DNA from: an uncultured Ectothiorhodospiraceae bacterium
GTDB taxonomy: Bacteria; Pseudomonadota; Gammaproteobacteria; S012-40
DNA: 64,000 nt
Reading direction: 5' to 3'
NCBI GenBank assembly: GCA_945787715.1
Contig: CALZJE010000008.1
Coordinates: forward strand, 24,367 to 88,366
The translations under genes and the position numbers were made by a program. Shown here piece after piece: positions 10,446-21,389 of the stretch. The notes under the pieces are model-generated. The model had not been told where the DNA came from and did no database searches. It saw only the letters and a list, made by a program, of their open reading frames with translations. Position 1 is the first letter of the stretch. Each line of letters starts with the position of its first letter.

Positions 10446-11852
10446 TTGATGGCAGGAAAAACATTATACGACAAGTTATGGGATTCTCATGTTGTGCGGA
10501 AAGAGGAAGATGGGACAACATTATTATATATCGACCGTCAACTTGTCCACGAAGTGACTTCTCCCCAGGCATTTGAAGGATTACGTATCGCAAATAGAAA
10601 GCCGTGGCGAAAAAGCGCTAATTTAGCCACTGCGGATCATAATGTTCCTACTACAGGATTAGATAAGGGCATTACTGATCCGGTGGCGAAAATCCAGGTG
10701 GAGACGCTTTCCAAGAATTGTAAAAGCTTTGATATTCAAGAGTTTGGTATGGGAGATGTGCGTCAGGGTATTGTTCATGTCATGGGCCCGGAGCAAGGTG
10801 CGACGCTTCCTGGAATGACGGTAGTTTGTGGTGATTCACATACCTCAACTCACGGTGCTTTTGGGGCATTGGCGCATGGAATTGGAACATCAGAAGTTGA
10901 ACATGTTTTGGCCACTCAATGCCTGATTCAGAAAAAATCCAAAAACATGCTAATTGAAGTCAATGGAGAGCTTAATCCAGGAGTGAGCGCCAAGGATGTT
11001 GTGTTGGCTATTATTGGAAAAGTTGGTACAGCAGGTGGAACAGGATATGCCATTGAATTTGGCGGCTCGGCAATTCGGTCTTTGAGTGTAGAAGGGCGTA
11101 TGACAGTGTGTAATATGGCTATAGAAGCTGGTGCACGCTCGGGAATTATCGCAGTGGATGATAAGACTATTGAGTATTTTAAAGATCGCCCCTTTTCACC
11201 TAAAGGTAGTGATTGGGCGAAAGCTGTTGACGCATGGATAGAGCTGCATAGTGATGTTGGTGCACATTTTGATCAAGTGATTAAAATGGATGCGAGCGAG
11301 ATTCAACCACAAGTTACTTGGGGTACATCGCCTGAAATGGTGGTAGATATTAATGCTTCGGTTCCTGATCCTGATAAAGAATCTGATCCTGTGAAAAAAG
11401 AGGGCATGAAAGCGGCGCTTGTCTATATGGGATTGGAAGCAAATACACCAATTTCTGAAATTGCAGTAGATAAGGTGTTCATTGGTTCATGCACAAACTC
11501 GCGTATTGAAGATTTGCGTGCTGCTGCAGAAGTGGCGAATGGCCGGAAAGTAGCAAAGAACATAAAATTGGCGATGGTTGTCCCTGGTTCTGGTTTAGTG
11601 AAAACGCAAGCTGAACAGGAGGGTTTGGATCAAATATTTATCAAGGCAGGTTTTGAATGGCGTGCTCCAGGTTGTTCAATGTGTTTAGCAATGAATGCGG
11701 ATCGATTGGAGCCAAAAGAACGTTGTGCCTCAACCTCAAATCGCAACTTCGAGGGGCGTCAGGGTAATGGTGGGCGCACCCATTTGGTAAGCCCTGCAAT
11801 GGCTGCTGCAGCAGCTGTCAATGGTCATTTTATTAACGTAAACGATTTATAA
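10446..11852 (+). CDS. leuC: 3-isopropylmalate dehydratase large subunit
   Basis: 468 aa. Aconitase-family motifs ([15 protein letters not shown]; [13 protein letters not shown]). Confidence 0.95.
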   Translation: MMAGKTLYDKLWDSHVVRKEEDGTTLLYIDRQLVHEVTSPQAFEGLRIANRKPWRKSANLATADHNVPTTGLDKGITDPVAKIQVETLSKNCKSFDIQEFGMGDVRQGIVHVMGPEQGATLPGMTVVCGDSHTSTHGAFGALAHGIGTSEVEHVLATQCLIQKKSKNMLIEVNGELNPGVSAKDVVLAIIGKVGTAGGTGYAIEFGGSAIRSLSVEGRMTVCNMAIEAGARSGIIAVDDKTIEYFKDRPFSPKGSDWAKAVDAWIELHSDVGAHFDQVIKMDASEIQPQVTWGTSPEMVVDINASVPDPDKESDPVKKEGMKAALVYMGLEANTPISEIAVDKVFIGSCTNSRIEDLRAAAEVANGRKVAKNIKLAMVVPGSGLVKTQAEQEGLDQIFIKAGFEWRAPGCSMCLAMNADRLEPKERCASTSNRNFEGRQGNGGRTHLVSPAMAAAAAVNGHFINVNDL

Positions 11853-11864
11853 GGAGGGTTAAAC

Positions 11865-12506
11865 ATGAAAGCATTCAATACATTAAATGGAATTGTCGCT
11901 CCTTTGGATCGCGCAAACGTTGATACTGACGCAATTATTCCCAAACAGTTTCTAAAGTCAATAAAACGGTCAGGATTTGGGCCTAATCTATTTGACGAAT
12001 GGCGTTATCTGGATGAAGGTCAGCCAGATGCAGATAATTCTAAACGTCCTATCAACAAAGATTTCATTTTGAATCAAGATCGTTATCAAGGTGCCAGTAT
12101 TTTAATCGCACGGGATAATTTCGGTTGTGGCTCAAGCCGTGAACATGCGCCCTGGGCACTGGAAGATTATGGTTTTCGTGTGATTATCGCGCCAAGTTTT
12201 GCTGATATCTTCTTTAATAATTGCTTTAAAAACGGCTTGTTGCCGATTGTTTTGGCAGAAAGCACAGTTGATGAGTTATTCACTGAAGTGGATGTTAATG
12301 AAGGATATAAATTGACAGTTAATTTGCAAGAGCAAGTCATTGAAAAGCCAAATGGCAACTCAATCGCCTTTGAGGTAGATCCATTTCGTAAGCATTGCCT
12401 GATAAATGGATTAGATGATATTGGATTAACGCTACATCATGTGGAAGATATCAGGAGCTATGAGGAAAAGCGTAAGAAAGAGGCGCCTTGGTTATTCTCT
12501 TCCTAA
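11865..12506 (+). CDS. leuD: 3-isopropylmalate dehydratase small subunit
   Basis: 213 aa with the aconitase swivel domain ([16 protein letters not shown]). Starts 13 nt after leuC. Confidence 0.95.
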   Translation: MKAFNTLNGIVAPLDRANVDTDAIIPKQFLKSIKRSGFGPNLFDEWRYLDEGQPDADNSKRPINKDFILNQDRYQGASILIARDNFGCGSSREHAPWALEDYGFRVIIAPSFADIFFNNCFKNGLLPIVLAESTVDELFTEVDVNEGYKLTVNLQEQVIEKPNGNSIAFEVDPFRKHCLINGLDDIGLTLHHVEDIRSYEEKRKKEAPWLFSS

Positions 12507-12681
12507 TTATTATAATCTCTTATAATTAGTGAATTTAATTTCTCGAATAGGAAAAACTTTTCCTATTCGAGTGCCATATTTTTCCCCCACATTCTGATAA
12601 AATATCAGGTCTATTGTGTATTTATAATTTGTGTTTAAAAATTCGGTAAGTCAGACACAATAAAAACGACAGGAAACAACA

Positions 12682-13839
12682 ATGACGAAAAAAATTGCGG
12701 TTCTTCCAGGTGACGGAATTGGGCCAGAAATAGTTGCGGAAGCAGTAAAAGTATTGGAATGCCTAAAGCGCGATTATGGTTTCAGCTTTGAGATTGAAGA
12801 GGGATTGATTGGCGGCGCTGCTATTGATGAAACTGGCGGCCCCTTACCCGAAAGTACACTAAAATTAAGTAAAGATGCGGATGCGATAATTCTTGGCGCT
12901 GTCGGTGGTTACAAATGGGAGTCACTCGATATTTCCATTCGTCCAGAAAAAGGATTGCTAGGTTTGCGATCTGAATTAAGCCTTTTTTCAAATCTTCGTC
13001 CTGCAATTTTATATCCTCAGCTTGCTGCGGCATCAACGTTAAAACCTGAAGTGGTTTCTGGATTGGATTTAATGATTGTTCGCGAACTCACAGGTGGTAT
13101 TTATTTTGGTCAGCCTCGCGGTGTAAGAACGTTAGATAATGGGGAAAAACAAGGCTATAACACGCTTATCTATAAAGAGTCAGAAATAGAACGAATTGGT
13201 CGTTCAGCATTTGAAATAGCACAAAAACGAAATAGAAAGCTTTGTTCAGTGGATAAAGCCAATGTACTTGAGTGTACAGAGCTTTGGCGTGAAACGATGA
13301 CCGAGCTTAGCAAAGAATATCCAGATGTTGAGTTGAGTCACATGTATGTGGACAATGCTGCAATGCAGTTAGTACGAGCTCCCAAGCAGTTTGACGTTAT
13401 GGTCACAACCAACATGTTTGGTGATATTTTGTCGGATTGTGCCGCTATGTTGACAGGTTCAATTGGAATGTTGCCATCTGCGTCTCTTAATGCGCAGAAT
13501 CAGGGAATGTATGAGCCTATCCATGGATCTGCTCCTGATATAGCTGGTAAGGGAATTGCTAATCCAATTGCAACCATTTTATCTGTCTCAATGATGCTGC
13601 GTTATTCGTTAGATGAGCCAGGCCTTGCAGATAATATCGACAAAGCAGTTAATGACGTGTTAGATAAAAACTTGCGCACAGCAGATATATACACGGAAGG
13701 TTCAAAAAAAGTTGCAACCGAAGAGATGGGTGATGCTATTGTTGCTGCGATGAAGAAAAACATGTGGGATTCTGCTGGTGGCATAGGCAACCCCGAAGAG
13801 TGCGCGCGAAGTGGCGGAATGAGCAACGACGAATATTAA
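12682..13839 (+). CDS. leuB: 3-isopropylmalate dehydrogenase (with an apparent C-terminal extension of about 25-30 aa)
   Basis: The IGPEIV and NMFGDILSD motifs place it in the isocitrate/isopropylmalate dehydrogenase family. 385 aa is longer than the usual 355-365 aa. Confidence 0.9.
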   Translation: MTKKIAVLPGDGIGPEIVAEAVKVLECLKRDYGFSFEIEEGLIGGAAIDETGGPLPESTLKLSKDADAIILGAVGGYKWESLDISIRPEKGLLGLRSELSLFSNLRPAILYPQLAAASTLKPEVVSGLDLMIVRELTGGIYFGQPRGVRTLDNGEKQGYNTLIYKESEIERIGRSAFEIAQKRNRKLCSVDKANVLECTELWRETMTELSKEYPDVELSHMYVDNAAMQLVRAPKQFDVMVTTNMFGDILSDCAAMLTGSIGMLPSASLNAQNQGMYEPIHGSAPDIAGKGIANPIATILSVSMMLRYSLDEPGLADNIDKAVNDVLDKNLRTADIYTEGSKKVATEEMGDAIVAAMKKNMWDSAGGIGNPEECARSGGMSNDEY

Positions 13840-13853
13840 GGGAAAAAAACTCA

Positions 13854-14879
13854 ATGAGTAAAAAATATAATGTAGCTGTCGTTGGCGCGACGGGCGCAGT
13901 TGGCGAAACAATAATCTCCATATTGGAGGAAAGAAAATTTCCTGTCGATAAATTATACCTGCTCGCCAGTGAACGTTCGGCAGGTAAAAGAATTCAATTT
14001 AATGGTAAGCATATTGTGGTTCATAATTTGGCTGATTTCGATTTTAGCCAAGTTCAAATAGGCCTATTTTCGGCCGGAGGAAGTATTTCAAAGGAATATG
14101 CGCCGAAAGCCGCAGCAGCTGGCTGTGTGGTAATTGATAACACATCTGAGTTTCGTTACGACGATGATGTTCCTTTGGTGGTTCCTGAAGTAAATTCACA
14201 CGCAATTGCTCAGTACAAAAACCGAAATATTATTGCCAACCCAAACTGTTCAACCATTCAAATGCTTGTGGCTCTGAAGCCAATTTACGATGCGGTCGGA
14301 ATATTGCGTATCAATGTCGCAACATATCAAGCAGTCTCGGGGACTGGCAAAGAAGCGATTGAAGAGCTTGCAGGTCAAACAGCTGCGCTTTTGAATATGA
14401 AGGATATCAAAACCGAAGTATATCCCAAGCAAATTGCTTTTAATGTCTTGCCTCAAATTGATATGTTTATGGATAACGGTTATACGCGTGAAGAGATGAA
14501 GATGGTTTGGGAAACCTGCAAGATATTTGAAGACCCTGATATTCAGGTGAATCCAACAGCAGTTCGTGTTCCTGTTTTCTATAGTCATTCAGAAGCTATA
14601 CATATAGAAACCAAAGAGAAAATCACAACCCTAATGGCACGAGATTTACTTGAAAATGCACCGGGAGTTTCTTTGTTGGATGAACGCAAGGATGGTGGTT
14701 ACCCAACTGCTGTAACAGAATCAGCAGGCAAAGATCCCGTTTGGGTAGGTCGAATACGGGAAGATATCTCTCACCCAAAAGGCTTGAATTTATGGGTAGT
14801 GGCGGATAATGTGAGAAAAGGTGCAGCACTTAATAGTGTGCAAATTGCCGAAGTACTTATCGAAAAACATCTGTCGTAA
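13854..14879 (+). CDS. asd: Aspartate-semialdehyde dehydrogenase (short, about 340 aa type)
   Basis: VAVVGATGAVG Rossmann motif, then NCSTIQ catalytic Cys region. Start chosen at the ATG at 13854 (MSKKYNV...) rather than the upstream-extended track ORF that overlaps leuB. Confidence 0.85.
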   Translation: MSKKYNVAVVGATGAVGETIISILEERKFPVDKLYLLASERSAGKRIQFNGKHIVVHNLADFDFSQVQIGLFSAGGSISKEYAPKAAAAGCVVIDNTSEFRYDDDVPLVVPEVNSHAIAQYKNRNIIANPNCSTIQMLVALKPIYDAVGILRINVATYQAVSGTGKEAIEELAGQTAALLNMKDIKTEVYPKQIAFNVLPQIDMFMDNGYTREEMKMVWETCKIFEDPDIQVNPTAVRVPVFYSHSEAIHIETKEKITTLMARDLLENAPGVSLLDERKDGGYPTAVTESAGKDPVWVGRIREDISHPKGLNLWVVADNVRKGAALNSVQIAEVLIEKHLS

Positions 14880-15274
14880 ATAATGTGTGGAATTAGGGGG
14901 TGATCTAATCATCCCCCTCAATGTTAAAGAGTGCACTGTGAGCTATTCAGAGTTTTAAAAGCGGTAGATGATTACAAGTTGAATATTTGGAAGCTCATTT
15001 TATACTCTGCTATTGTGGCTTTCCCTTTCAACAGGTTTTCTACAATAAATAGTGTTCGAAATTAATTGCAGCGCCAACATGAGTCGTATTTTTATGTAAA
15101 TATATTAATAACATTTTGATTGCTTTTAAATCATCGATTGTAACAATAGATCTATTTGTATGATTACCGCACAAATTGCAAAGCTCGTTATTATTACATC
15201 GTAAGTTCTAAATAAATTAATAAGAACGCTCGATAATAATGAAGAATCAATTACTTGAATGAGTTTTAACTATC

Positions 15275-18112
15275 ATGAAGTGGCAGAATATCGCTCATAA
15301 CATAAAAACAATAAAAATTAGCGCGATTTTCGTCTTGCTACTTTTCCTTTTCTTTTCTTCAAACTCATTCGCATTGGGTATTGGTGGTATTAAATTAAGT
15401 TCTACACTTGATAAACCTCTTGATGCAAATATTGAATTACTTGATGTTAGTTCTGACGAATTGTCAGAAATTGGAGTTAAGCTAGCGCCAAATGCAATTT
15501 ACGAACGAATGGGAATTCAGCGTAGTGCGCTTGTTAATCAGCTTATATTTACCATTCAAGAGCAAGATGACGGCAAACATGTCATCCACATCTCTACTCA
15601 AGGCCCTGTTACTGAACCGTTTCTTAATTTTCTCATTGAAGTTAATTGGCGTAATGGACGTTTGTTGCGTGAATTTACCGTTCTTTTAGATCCCCCCATT
15701 TGGCTAGAAGAACAAGCATCACTAGTTACCGCACCAGAAACTGAATTACCTCCAACCTTTAGTGAGAGAACTCAGATCGAAGAAGAGCCTGAAACTGTGC
15801 CGCCGCTGGTTGAAGTCTCTCCCATTGACGAAATGGAAGAATTTGAGTCCTCTGCACCCAAGAAGACAATTCCTGCAAGCGACGTTGCTCCGGTATCAGA
15901 TAGTGCAGATACTCAGGGTGTCGCAGATTTGTCATCGATGGTGCATACCGTACAAAAAAATGAATATCTGTGGAAAATTGCGAACGAAATGCGACCGCAA
16001 AATATCAGTGTGGATCAGATGATGCTCGCCCTGCAAAGAGCAAATTCGGAAGCGTTTTTTGGGGATACTGTTTCTCAATTGAAGACTGGCGCAATTTTAC
16101 GAATCGATAATGTCGCTTCACTTAATAGTATTAGTGTTTCTGATGCGATTGCTGAAATTGCACGACAAAACCAGAAGTGGTTAGCTTATAAGCGAGATCG
16201 TCAGGCAAGAAATGCAGTATCTGCTGAATCAGCAGAAATTGAAATCACCAATGGTGAGCAAACAAATAGTTCGGTTGAGGAAAGTCTTGTATCAGTACTA
16301 GCGGAAGAAACTTCGTTACTGAAACTTGTGTCTCCCATAAACGAGCAAAGTGATTTAAGTGAAGCCACGCAAACCAATGCCACACAAACCAATGCCACTC
16401 TGGAAGCCGGTGAATCCTCACTTGAAAACTTAAGCGTTGAATTGGCTATGGCATCAGAAGATATGGAAGCTAAACGGCTTGAGAATGAAGATTTAAAAGA
16501 TCGACTATCTTCTCTTCAAGATCAAATGAGTAAAGCGAAAAATCTGATTGAGTTAAAAGATAATGAGCTGAAACAATTTGAGACCGGTGTCGAAGATGAA
16601 GTAATTTCTCAAATTCTACCTTCCGTAGAACTTAATGAACAAACTGATATAGCATCTGAGAATATTCCACCCGTCAAAGCCAATACAGATGAGGTGGATC
16701 AAAAGAAATCGAAAGCTGAATATTGGAAAGATCCTGTCATACTTGGAACTACTGCAGGCGCTGCACTACTATTGCTTCTTACCATTATTGTTGTTAAACG
16801 CAAGCGAAAAGAGAATCAGGTAGAACAAGAACCTGAAGCCATTGATCATGAAGATGCTTCGTTAGAAGAGTTGTTTGCAGAGTCTGAAGGATCCAATAAT
16901 GATACACAGGTTATCAAGTTTAATGATAGTTTTTTGGGAGAAGAAGAATCAGACATTTCACTTGAGCCATTGACTGAACTTAATTTTGATACAAATGAAA
17001 ACGAGCTACTTGAAAGTAGAGAGCCGTTTCTTGATCCGATCGCTGAAGCCGATGTTTATTTAACCTATGAGAAGTATGGCAAAGCTGAATTGTTGTTAAA
17101 TGATGCCATACAATCAGAACCCGACCGCCAGGAGCTAAAACTTAAGTTACTTGAAGTGCACGCGCTTTCTCATAATGTTGGTGCTTTTAATAATGCTGCA
17201 GATATCTTATATGCATCTATTTCAGGTGACGATCAGCATCCTATTTGGCAACAAGCAATTTCACTAGCGATGGATATTGGGTCTGAAAGTCCTCTATTTG
17301 CCAAAAGTGAAGCGAACGTAGCTGAATTAATAGATAAAGAAATACAAAAAGAGAATGTAGATCTTCCCTTTGGAGATGAAGAAATTCTCGCCGGAAAAGA
17401 CAATGATGCACCATCATTTGATGCGAATTCTCCAGGAAAAACTTCTGATATAAAAGAGAATTTCTCGGTTGCTGACAATAGGTTTGACGAATTACTGGAT
17501 AGTGAATTGTTTGAGAGTTTCTCGGCTAACTCTGATGAACTCAAGGCTGCTGAGCTAGAGAAGCTAAATCTCGATTCATCAGAGTCTATTACGGAAGTAC
17601 TGGAATTTACAGATTTTGATGAGATACAAACTGAAAATGAATCCGAAGTTAGCAATATATTATCAGAACGGGAAGACGTTAATGATGTAGAACCAAAAAG
17701 CATACTCTCGATTAATGAATTAGGGCTAGATTATGATGAAGATCTGGAGTTAAAACCAGAAAAGGTGACCGGAAACGGAAATAAAGAGGCTTACAAAATT
17801 GTCGAAAAAAATATTGCTGACATTACAGAAATCGATACATATGAACTCCCTGATGATGAGCAATCAATTACAGTAGACGATGTATTTGATCCGGTAAGCC
17901 ATCCAATTTCTGCCGGATTAACAAATGAAAAAGAGTTTACAGACACATCCTTGTTCTTACTCTCTGATGAAGTAGGGACTAAGCTGGATCTGGCTAAAGC
18001 TTATATGGAGATGGGTGATTATGATGGAGCAAAAGATCTGCTCTCTGAAGTTATGGGAGAAGGAAATAGCAAGCAACAAGCGGAAGCTATGGAGTTACTC
18101 GAAACCACTTAA
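15275..18112 (+). CDS. fimV: FimV-like peptidoglycan-binding membrane protein
   Basis: Conserved FimV N-terminal domain, LysM (VHTVQKNEYLWKIANEM), a central TM helix (ILGTTAGAALLLLLTIIVVKRKRK), a long acidic region, and the FimV C-terminal motif (DLAKAYMEMGDYDGAKDLLSEVMGEG). Position after asd matches Pseudomonas/Legionella synteny. Confidence 0.8.
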   Translation: MKWQNIAHNIKTIKISAIFVLLLFLFFSSNSFALGIGGIKLSSTLDKPLDANIELLDVSSDELSEIGVKLAPNAIYERMGIQRSALVNQLIFTIQEQDDGKHVIHISTQGPVTEPFLNFLIEVNWRNGRLLREFTVLLDPPIWLEEQASLVTAPETELPPTFSERTQIEEEPETVPPLVEVSPIDEMEEFESSAPKKTIPASDVAPVSDSADTQGVADLSSMVHTVQKNEYLWKIANEMRPQNISVDQMMLALQRANSEAFFGDTVSQLKTGAILRIDNVASLNSISVSDAIAEIARQNQKWLAYKRDRQARNAVSAESAEIEITNGEQTNSSVEESLVSVLAEETSLLKLVSPINEQSDLSEATQTNATQTNATLEAGESSLENLSVELAMASEDMEAKRLENEDLKDRLSSLQDQMSKAKNLIELKDNELKQFETGVEDEVISQILPSVELNEQTDIASENIPPVKANTDEVDQKKSKAEYWKDPVILGTTAGAALLLLLTIIVVKRKRKENQVEQEPEAIDHEDASLEELFAESEGSNNDTQVIKFNDSFLGEEESDISLEPLTELNFDTNENELLESREPFLDPIAEADVYLTYEKYGKAELLLNDAIQSEPDRQELKLKLLEVHALSHNVGAFNNAADILYASISGDDQHPIWQQAISLAMDIGSESPLFAKSEANVAELIDKEIQKENVDLPFGDEEILAGKDNDAPSFDANSPGKTSDIKENFSVADNRFDELLDSELFESFSANSDELKAAELEKLNLDSSESITEVLEFTDFDEIQTENESEVSNILSEREDVNDVEPKSILSINELGLDYDEDLELKPEKVTGNGNKEAYKIVEKNIADITEIDTYELPDDEQSITVDDVFDPVSHPISAGLTNEKEFTDTSLFLLSDEVGTKLDLAKAYMEMGDYDGAKDLLSEVMGEGNSKQQAEAMELLETT

Positions 18113-18345
18113 TTTCCAATTTAAAAACAGACGTGCAGAACCTCTGATATTTATTACCCTAGTGATGAATGAATACAGAGGTTTTTTTTATGTTCACTGA
18201 CAGGGTAGCCTGCTAGGCCTAATCTAGGCGTAATGCTATCAAAAACATACTAAGCGGATAATTAGCCATTGAATTAGGCTGTACATTTGTGAGTTAGGAT
18301 ATAGAATAACGCCCAATAATTTATGTATTTCACAGGACTGTATAT

Positions 18346-19743
18346 ATGACAATCAAGACTCGCTTTGCCCCCAGCCCAACAGGGTATTTGCATGTGGGTG
18401 GTGCTCGCACGGCGTTATTTTCATGGTTACACGCACGTAAGCATGGTGGTAAATTTGTTTTGCGAATCGAAGATACAGATAGAGAGCGCTCAACACAAGA
18501 GTCTGTTAACGCTATTCTGGAAGGGATGACGTGGCTTGGGCTCGATTATGATGAAGGGCCGTTTTATCAAACTGAACATTTTGAGCGTTATGATGAGATC
18601 ATTGAACAGCTACTCAAAGAAGAGAAGGCCTACCATTGTTATTGCAGTAAAGATGAGCTTGAAGCAATGCGCGAAGCTCAAATGGCGAATAAAGAGAAAC
18701 CTCGTTATGACGGCCGATGCAGACATCGAACTGAACCTAAGGAAGGGATTGCTCCTGTCATCCGGTTTAAGAATCCGTTAGAAGGTAGTGTTGTTGTAAA
18801 AGATCTTATACGAGGTGAAGTGACATTTAATAATAAAGAGTTGGATGATTTAATCATAGCTCGATCAGATGGCACGCCAACTTACAATCTCACCGTTGTT
18901 GTTGATGACATGGATATGGGGGTCAACTGCGTAATTCGTGGAGATGATCATTTAAATAACTCTCCTCGTCAGATTAATATATTAAATGCTCTCAATGCAG
19001 AGGCCCCGCAATATGCGCACGTACCCATGATTTTGGGGGATGATGGCAAGCGTCTTTCAAAACGGCATGGTGCTGTGAGTGTTATGCAATATAAAGAAGA
19101 GGGATTTTTACCTGAAGCTTTATTGAATTACCTAGTAAGACTCGGTTGGTCTTATGGGGATAAAGAAATTTTCTCAATTGATGAGATGATTGAATTTTTT
19201 AAAACTGAAGATGTTAATAAAGCTGCATCTAGCTTCAATACTGAAAAGTTGTTGTGGATAAATCAAGAGTATATTAAAAGCTCTTCGCCCGAACATATTG
19301 CACGCCATTTATCTTCACACTTAGCTGATGTAGCTGTGGACCCCACAATAGGTCCTGATATCCATCGCGTAATTTCGATTCACCAAGAACGTGTTAAAAC
19401 CTTAGTTGAGTTAGCGCAAAGTATCGTCTATTTTTATAAAGATTTTGACGAATTTGATGTGAAAGCTGCGAAGAAGAATTTTAAAGATGCCGCTTTGATT
19501 CCTCTGGAGAGGTTGCTTGCAGAATATAGTCAGCTGGAAATTTGGAAAGCTGAAGATATTCATAAAGTCGTTACCTCTGTGTCAGAGCAGCTGGATTTAA
19601 AAATGGGGAAAGTAGCTCAACCGTTGCGCGTTGCAATAACGGGTGGTGCAGTTTCTCCCTCCATTGATATTACCGCGGAACTCATCGGAAGAGACAGAGT
19701 CCTTGAACGCATATCTAAAGCAATAATGTATATTAAAGAGTAA
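18346..19743 (+). CDS. gltX: Glutamate--tRNA ligase
   Basis: Class I aaRS motifs: HIGH-type [19 protein letters not shown] and KMSKS-type KRLSKR. 465 aa. Confidence 0.95.
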   Translation: MTIKTRFAPSPTGYLHVGGARTALFSWLHARKHGGKFVLRIEDTDRERSTQESVNAILEGMTWLGLDYDEGPFYQTEHFERYDEIIEQLLKEEKAYHCYCSKDELEAMREAQMANKEKPRYDGRCRHRTEPKEGIAPVIRFKNPLEGSVVVKDLIRGEVTFNNKELDDLIIARSDGTPTYNLTVVVDDMDMGVNCVIRGDDHLNNSPRQINILNALNAEAPQYAHVPMILGDDGKRLSKRHGAVSVMQYKEEGFLPEALLNYLVRLGWSYGDKEIFSIDEMIEFFKTEDVNKAASSFNTEKLLWINQEYIKSSSPEHIARHLSSHLADVAVDPTIGPDIHRVISIHQERVKTLVELAQSIVYFYKDFDEFDVKAAKKNFKDAALIPLERLLAEYSQLEIWKAEDIHKVVTSVSEQLDLKMGKVAQPLRVAITGGAVSPSIDITAELIGRDRVLERISKAIMYIKE

Positions 19744-19950
19744 CTCTGGAAGCTAGTGTTATCTGAATATAAATATATAGTCGGATAGTCTTGATCGCTA
19801 TTTTATGCTCATTGCCGTCAATTTATAATCAAAGTCTTACTGTTATGAGGTCGCTGGAGAATTAGGCTGATCCATGAAAAATATTCTAAAATAGTATAAA
19901 TATTTTCTTGACGATATAACTCTCTATCCGTAGAATGCGCAACTCCTTTC

Positions 19951-20026
19951 GGGGCTATAGCTCAGCTGGGAGAGCGCTACACTGGCAGTGTAGAGGTCGG
20001 CGGTTCGATCCCGCCTAGCTCCACCA
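19951..20026 (+). tRNA. tRNA-Ala (anticodon GGC)
   Basis: 76 nt. GGGGCTATAGCTCAGCTGGGAGAGCG...CCACCA with the anticodon loop CTGGCAG. Cloverleaf is readable by eye. Confidence 0.85.
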
Positions 20027-20073
20027 GGGTTTAAAGTAAATAGCACCGACTGCAAGATTTGAAGGTTAATTAT

Positions 20074-20149
20074 GTCCCCTTCGTCTAGTGGCCTAGGACA
20101 CCGCCCTTTCACGGCGGTAACAGGGGTTCGAGTCCCCTAGGGGACGCCA
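20074..20149 (+). tRNA. tRNA-Glu (anticodon TTC), copy 1
   Basis: GTCCCCTTCGTCTAGTGGCCTAGGACACCGCCCTTTCACGGCGG...GGGGACGCCA. Near-identical to E. coli tRNA-Glu. Confidence 0.9.
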
Positions 20150-20158
20150 CTATTCTAA

Positions 20159-20186
20159 GGCTTAGCTAAGGCTAAGCCTTTTTTAA
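20159..20186 (+). terminator. Rho-independent terminator after tRNA-Glu copy 1
   Basis: GGCTTAGCTAAGGCTAAGCC followed by TTTTTT. Confidence 0.6.
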
Positions 20187-20306
20187 TGACCAAGTTTACT
20201 TGGTGTTAATAAAAGTAATACCGAATAAGTAGTAATCTCGTACATTATTTGTTCGCAAGGTAAGCAGTAAAATATTTGTAGTACACTGAGAATTGAAGGT
20301 TTATAT

Positions 20307-20382
20307 GTCCCCTTCGTCTAGTGGCCTAGGACACCGCCCTTTCACGGCGGTAACAGGGGTTCGAGTCCCCTAGGGGACGCCA
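20307..20382 (+). tRNA. tRNA-Glu (anticodon TTC), copy 2
   Basis: Identical 76-nt sequence to copy 1. The leader is also duplicated (GAAGGTTnAnnATGTCCCC). Confidence 0.9.
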
Positions 20383-20391
20383 TACAAATCA

Positions 20392-20421
20392 AAGGTTTAG
20401 AAGAGATTCTAAACCTTTTTT
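20392..20421 (+). terminator. Rho-independent terminator after tRNA-Glu copy 2
   Basis: AGGTTTAG-aagagatt-CTAAACCT followed by TTTTTTTT. Confidence 0.6.
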
Positions 20422-20600
20422 TTATGCACCTAAATCCATAATTAGCCATTTCGCAGCACAGATTTAGCACATCTAGCCAACCTTTAAACAGGGCATTGCG
20501 CTCATCGCTAATTATTATTTCTTAACACCCGATATAATATATAACGATTATCGTCATATGTTGCATTGCGTTATATAATGGGTAGCGTTATAGTTCGATA

Positions 20601-20882
20601 ATGTTAAGGTCTTTTAAATCAAGGGAAACAGAGAAAATCTGGAATGGCGATGTTTCCCGAAAATTGCCAACGGACATCCAGCAAATTGCACGTCGGAAGT
20701 TGCGCATGCTTAATAATGCAATCGAATTGAAAGATCTAAGAATTCCCCCCGCCAATCGCTTGGAAGCATTGAAAGGGGAAAGGAAAGGTCAATACAGCAT
20801 CCGGATTAATCAGCAGTGGCGAATATGTTTTAATTGGAAAAATGGTGATGTTCTGGATGTTGAAATTGTAGATTATCATTGA
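20601..20882 (+). CDS. higB: HigB-type toxin (RelE/ParE superfamily, 'plasmid maintenance system killer')
   Basis: 93 aa. Motifs KIWNGDVSRKLP...RLEALKGERKGQYSIRINQQWRICF are typical of HigB. TATAAT-like box and short repeats lie upstream. Confidence 0.8.
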   Translation: MLRSFKSRETEKIWNGDVSRKLPTDIQQIARRKLRMLNNAIELKDLRIPPANRLEALKGERKGQYSIRINQQWRICFNWKNGDVLDVEIVDYH

Positions 20883-20891
20883 GGATTAAAT

Positions 20892-21185
20892 ATGAAAAAA
20901 CTCGAAAATATTCATCCAGGCGAAATACTGCTAGAAGAGTTCCTTATCCCAATGGAAATTAGTCAAAACCGACTTGCTCGGGAAATTAGTGTGCCTCCAC
21001 GTAGAATTAATGAGATTGTTCTTGGAAAAAGAGGGGTCACAGCAGATACCGCTTTACGCCTAGCGCGTTATTTTGGAACAACCGAAAAATTTTGGTTAGG
21101 ACTGCAAGATGACTATGATTTAGAGGAGGCAAGGATTGTGTTAGGCTCCGTTTTGGATAAGGAAATTAAGCCACATGCTGCTTAA
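20892..21185 (+). CDS. higA: HigA-type antitoxin (XRE-family HTH)
   Basis: 97 aa. HPGEILLEEFL...ISQNRLAREISVPPRRINEIVLGKRGVTADTALRLARYFGTTEKFW is the canonical HigA HTH. Starts 9 nt after higB. Confidence 0.8.
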   Translation: MKKLENIHPGEILLEEFLIPMEISQNRLAREISVPPRRINEIVLGKRGVTADTALRLARYFGTTEKFWLGLQDDYDLEEARIVLGSVLDKEIKPHAA

Positions 21186-21271
21186 GCCTCTGGAGTAAGC
21201 ATAAGTATTGATTAAACAATCGCTTAAATCTTAATCTTTCTTTAGTGTTTCATAACAGGATAATAGTCACT

Positions 21272-21293
21272 TCCCCTAGGGGACGCTACTATT
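21272..21293 (+). repeat. Partial 3'-end copy of tRNA-Glu (att-like direct repeat)
   Basis: TCCCCTAGGGGACGCTACTATT matches the last 18 nt of tRNA-Glu copy 1 plus 4 nt of its 3' flank (20132..20153, TCCCCTAGGGGACGCCACTATT) at 21 of 22 positions. Confidence 0.6.
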
Positions 21294-21389
21294 TAAAAAA
21301 CTCTGTTAGATTACTAGCTGAGTTTTTTTTCGCCTGCCAATTTATTTTCTGTTAGAAATAATATTCAATTTAAGGATTAGAAGTAATCT

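Noticed and set aside
10349-10576. 75-aa ORF in the leuC leader as a possible leu leader peptide
   Set aside because: It is not Leu-codon-rich, runs into leuC out of frame, and has no attenuator terminator.
13764-13853. Upstream-extended start for asd (371-aa track ORF)
   Set aside because: The extension overlaps leuB in another frame and has no Shine-Dalgarno. The ATG at 13854 (MSKKYNVAVVGATG) gives the canonical N-terminus right at the Rossmann fold.
16201-17703. Antisense ORFs inside fimV (65 aa and 156 aa, Ser-rich)
   Set aside because: They are low-complexity reverse-strand translations of the acidic Glu/Asp-rich FimV linker.
19924-20112. 62-aa minus-strand ORF
   Set aside because: It lies entirely across tRNA-Ala and tRNA-Glu on the opposite strand. 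The translation is tRNA-derived.
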